64,000 nucleotides of DNA from Squalus acanthias (taxonomy: Eukaryota), in assembly GCA_030390025.1 (NCBI GenBank), contig CM059433.1, positions 1,798,001 through 1,862,000 on the forward strand. The letters are read 5' to 3'. The notes under the pieces are model-generated. The model had not been told where the DNA came from and ran no database searches. It saw only the letters and a list, made by a program, of their open reading frames with translations. Below, piece by piece: positions 62,597-64,000 of this stretch. The position numbers and the translations under genes are program-made. How positions within the stretch are numbered: position 1 is the stretch's first letter; every line of letters begins with the position of its first letter.

Positions 62597-64000
62597 ATGA
62601 TGATATCTAACAGCGATTTGCAAGGTATTGTCATCCAAGTAGATGTCGCAGGAACCAGGATACCCATGGAAATCGACACTGGTGCATCCGTGAGCGTAGT
62701 ACCGGAATCACTATATCGCAACAAGTTGCGTGATTATCGACTAGAGAAATCGAAGGTAGAGCTGCGAGGCTACTCAGGAGAGCAAATCCCTGCAGTAGGA
62801 AGTGTCACCATACCAGTGAAATACAAGGATCAGTGTCAGAGCTTGCTTCTCAGAGCAGTGGCAGGAGACAAGCCTGCCTTGATAGGTAGAAATTGGTTGG
62901 GATCACGGAAGCTGGATTGGAATGAGATTTTTCATGTGGAAGCGAAATTTGCATTGAAAGATGATGTCATCAAGCAGTATCCGAAGGTGTTCAGTGAAAC
63001 GGGCAGTCCGATCCCAGACTTCAAGGCGAGTGTCAGAGTGCAGAAGGACGCAAGACCAGTTTACTGCAAGCCACGTCCCGTACCATACGCACTCAAGGAG
63101 AAAGTTGAGCAAGAACTCAAAAGACTAGAAACTGAGAACATTATCTCTAAGGTAGATCTGAGTAATTGGGCTACACCCATTGTGGTTGTACCTAAGTCAG
63201 ATGGTAAGGTAAGATTGTGTGGTGATTATAAGGTAACCGTAAACCAGGTTCTAGAGTGTAATCTACCCAATACGTTGCCAAATGTGGAAGATTTGTTCAC
63301 AACGCTGACAGGTGGCCAGATCTTTTCGAAGTTTGATCTAACAAATGCCTACCTACAACTTGAATTAGATGAAGAGTCCAAGTCATGCTTGACTATAAAT
63401 ACTCACCGAGGCCTATATCAGTTCAATAGGCTACCATTTGGAGTGTCTTCTGTCCCCGACATATTCCAGGGGGTGATGAACCAAATTTTGCAAGGGATTG
63501 AAGGGGTAGTATGTTATTTGGATGACAGACTCATTTCAGCACCAAACAGGCAAATCCATGATGAGGTGTTGAATGAAGTGCTCAAACGGCTAGAGAAGCA
63601 CAGAGTACGAGTGACAGCTCACAAGTGTGAGTTGTTTCAAAACTCAGTGGAGTATTTAGGGCACAGAGTAGACAAAGATGGTTTACATCCAACCAAGGGA
63701 AAGCTGGATGCAATCAGAAATGCACCCACTCCCAAGAATGTCTCTCAACTTCGATCATTTTTGGGTCTTTTAAATTATTACGGAAAGTTCGTCCCAAACT
63801 TGGCTACATTGTTACATCCACTGAATGAGCTGTTGAGAAAACAGGTCCCTTGGAAGTGGTCAAAAGAATGTGACACAGCATTCAAAGAGTGTAAAAGCCA
63901 GTTAGTAGAGAGTATCACGTTAGTTCACTATGATGTATCTAAGGAGATCAAGCTAGCGTGTGACACCTCTCCGTACAGAGTTGGGGCAGTGATCTCTCAT
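62597..64000 (+). CDS. pol: Gypsy pol (protease-RT-RNase H start), open to the window end
   Basis: MEIDTGASVS protease; WATPIVVVPK, RLCGDYK, RLPFG, YLDD (63515-63526), LRSFLGLLNYY, ACDTSPY. No stop found on manual translation. Confidence 0.88.
   Translation, partial: MMISNSDLQGIVIQVDVAGTRIPMEIDTGASVSVVPESLYRNKLRDYRLEKSKVELRGYSGEQIPAVGSVTIPVKYKDQCQSLLLRAVAGDKPALIGRNWLGSRKLDWNEIFHVEAKFALKDDVIKQYPKVFSETGSPIPDFKASVRVQKDARPVYCKPRPVPYALKEKVEQELKRLETENIISKVDLSNWATPIVVVPKSDGKVRLCGDYKVTVNQVLECNLPNTLPNVEDLFTTLTGGQIFSKFDLTNAYLQLELDEESKSCLTINTHRGLYQFNRLPFGVSSVPDIFQGVMNQILQGIEGVVCYLDDRLISAPNRQIHDEVLNEVLKRLEKHRVRVTAHKCELFQNSVEYLGHRVDKDGLHPTKGKLDAIRNAPTPKNVSQLRSFLGLLNYYGKFVPNLATLLHPLNELLRKQVPWKWSKECDTAFKECKSQLVESITLVHYDVSKEIKLACDTSPYRVGAVISH

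Larger units (their letters stand above)
61558..64000 (+). mobile_element. Gypsy/Ty3 LTR retrotransposon (Mag-like), truncated by the window end
   Basis: Short 5' LTR TGTAATA...TATCACA (61558-61674), tRNA-Ser-like PBS TGGCGATGAGGATGCGA (61679-61695), broken gag, open pol. Confidence 0.9.

Overview
Eukaryotic, vertebrate-type DNA that is dense in repeats. I found no recognisable host protein-coding exon. The repeat mix (CR1 LINEs with an esterase ORF1, L2 LINEs, Deu-domain tRNA SINEs of SacSINE1 type, many PIF/Harbinger MITEs, Penelope-like hammerhead remnants) points to a cartilaginous fish such as a shark; this assignment is inference. Most of the window is nested, decayed transposons. The standout is a very young 6.95-kb LTR element on the minus strand (52068-59015). 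It has near-identical 1.6-kb LTRs, a 4-bp GACT target-site duplication, an 18-nt tRNA-Arg primer site and a polypurine tract. It encodes an intact 603-aa Gag with budding late domains (PSAPPSY, LYPxxxI), an MHR-like motif and a CCHC knuckle, but no pol. The gag stop is a UGA-CUAG readthrough context followed after 8 nt by a long stem-loop. It leads in frame into a 373-codon non-enzymatic extension, and a splice-acceptor-preceded 85-aa single-TM mini ORF sits in the env position. The element is inserted in an ancient Tigger/pogo fossil. A Gypsy LTR retrotransposon with an open pol runs off the right end. All calls were made by eye and the boundaries of old repeats are approximate.
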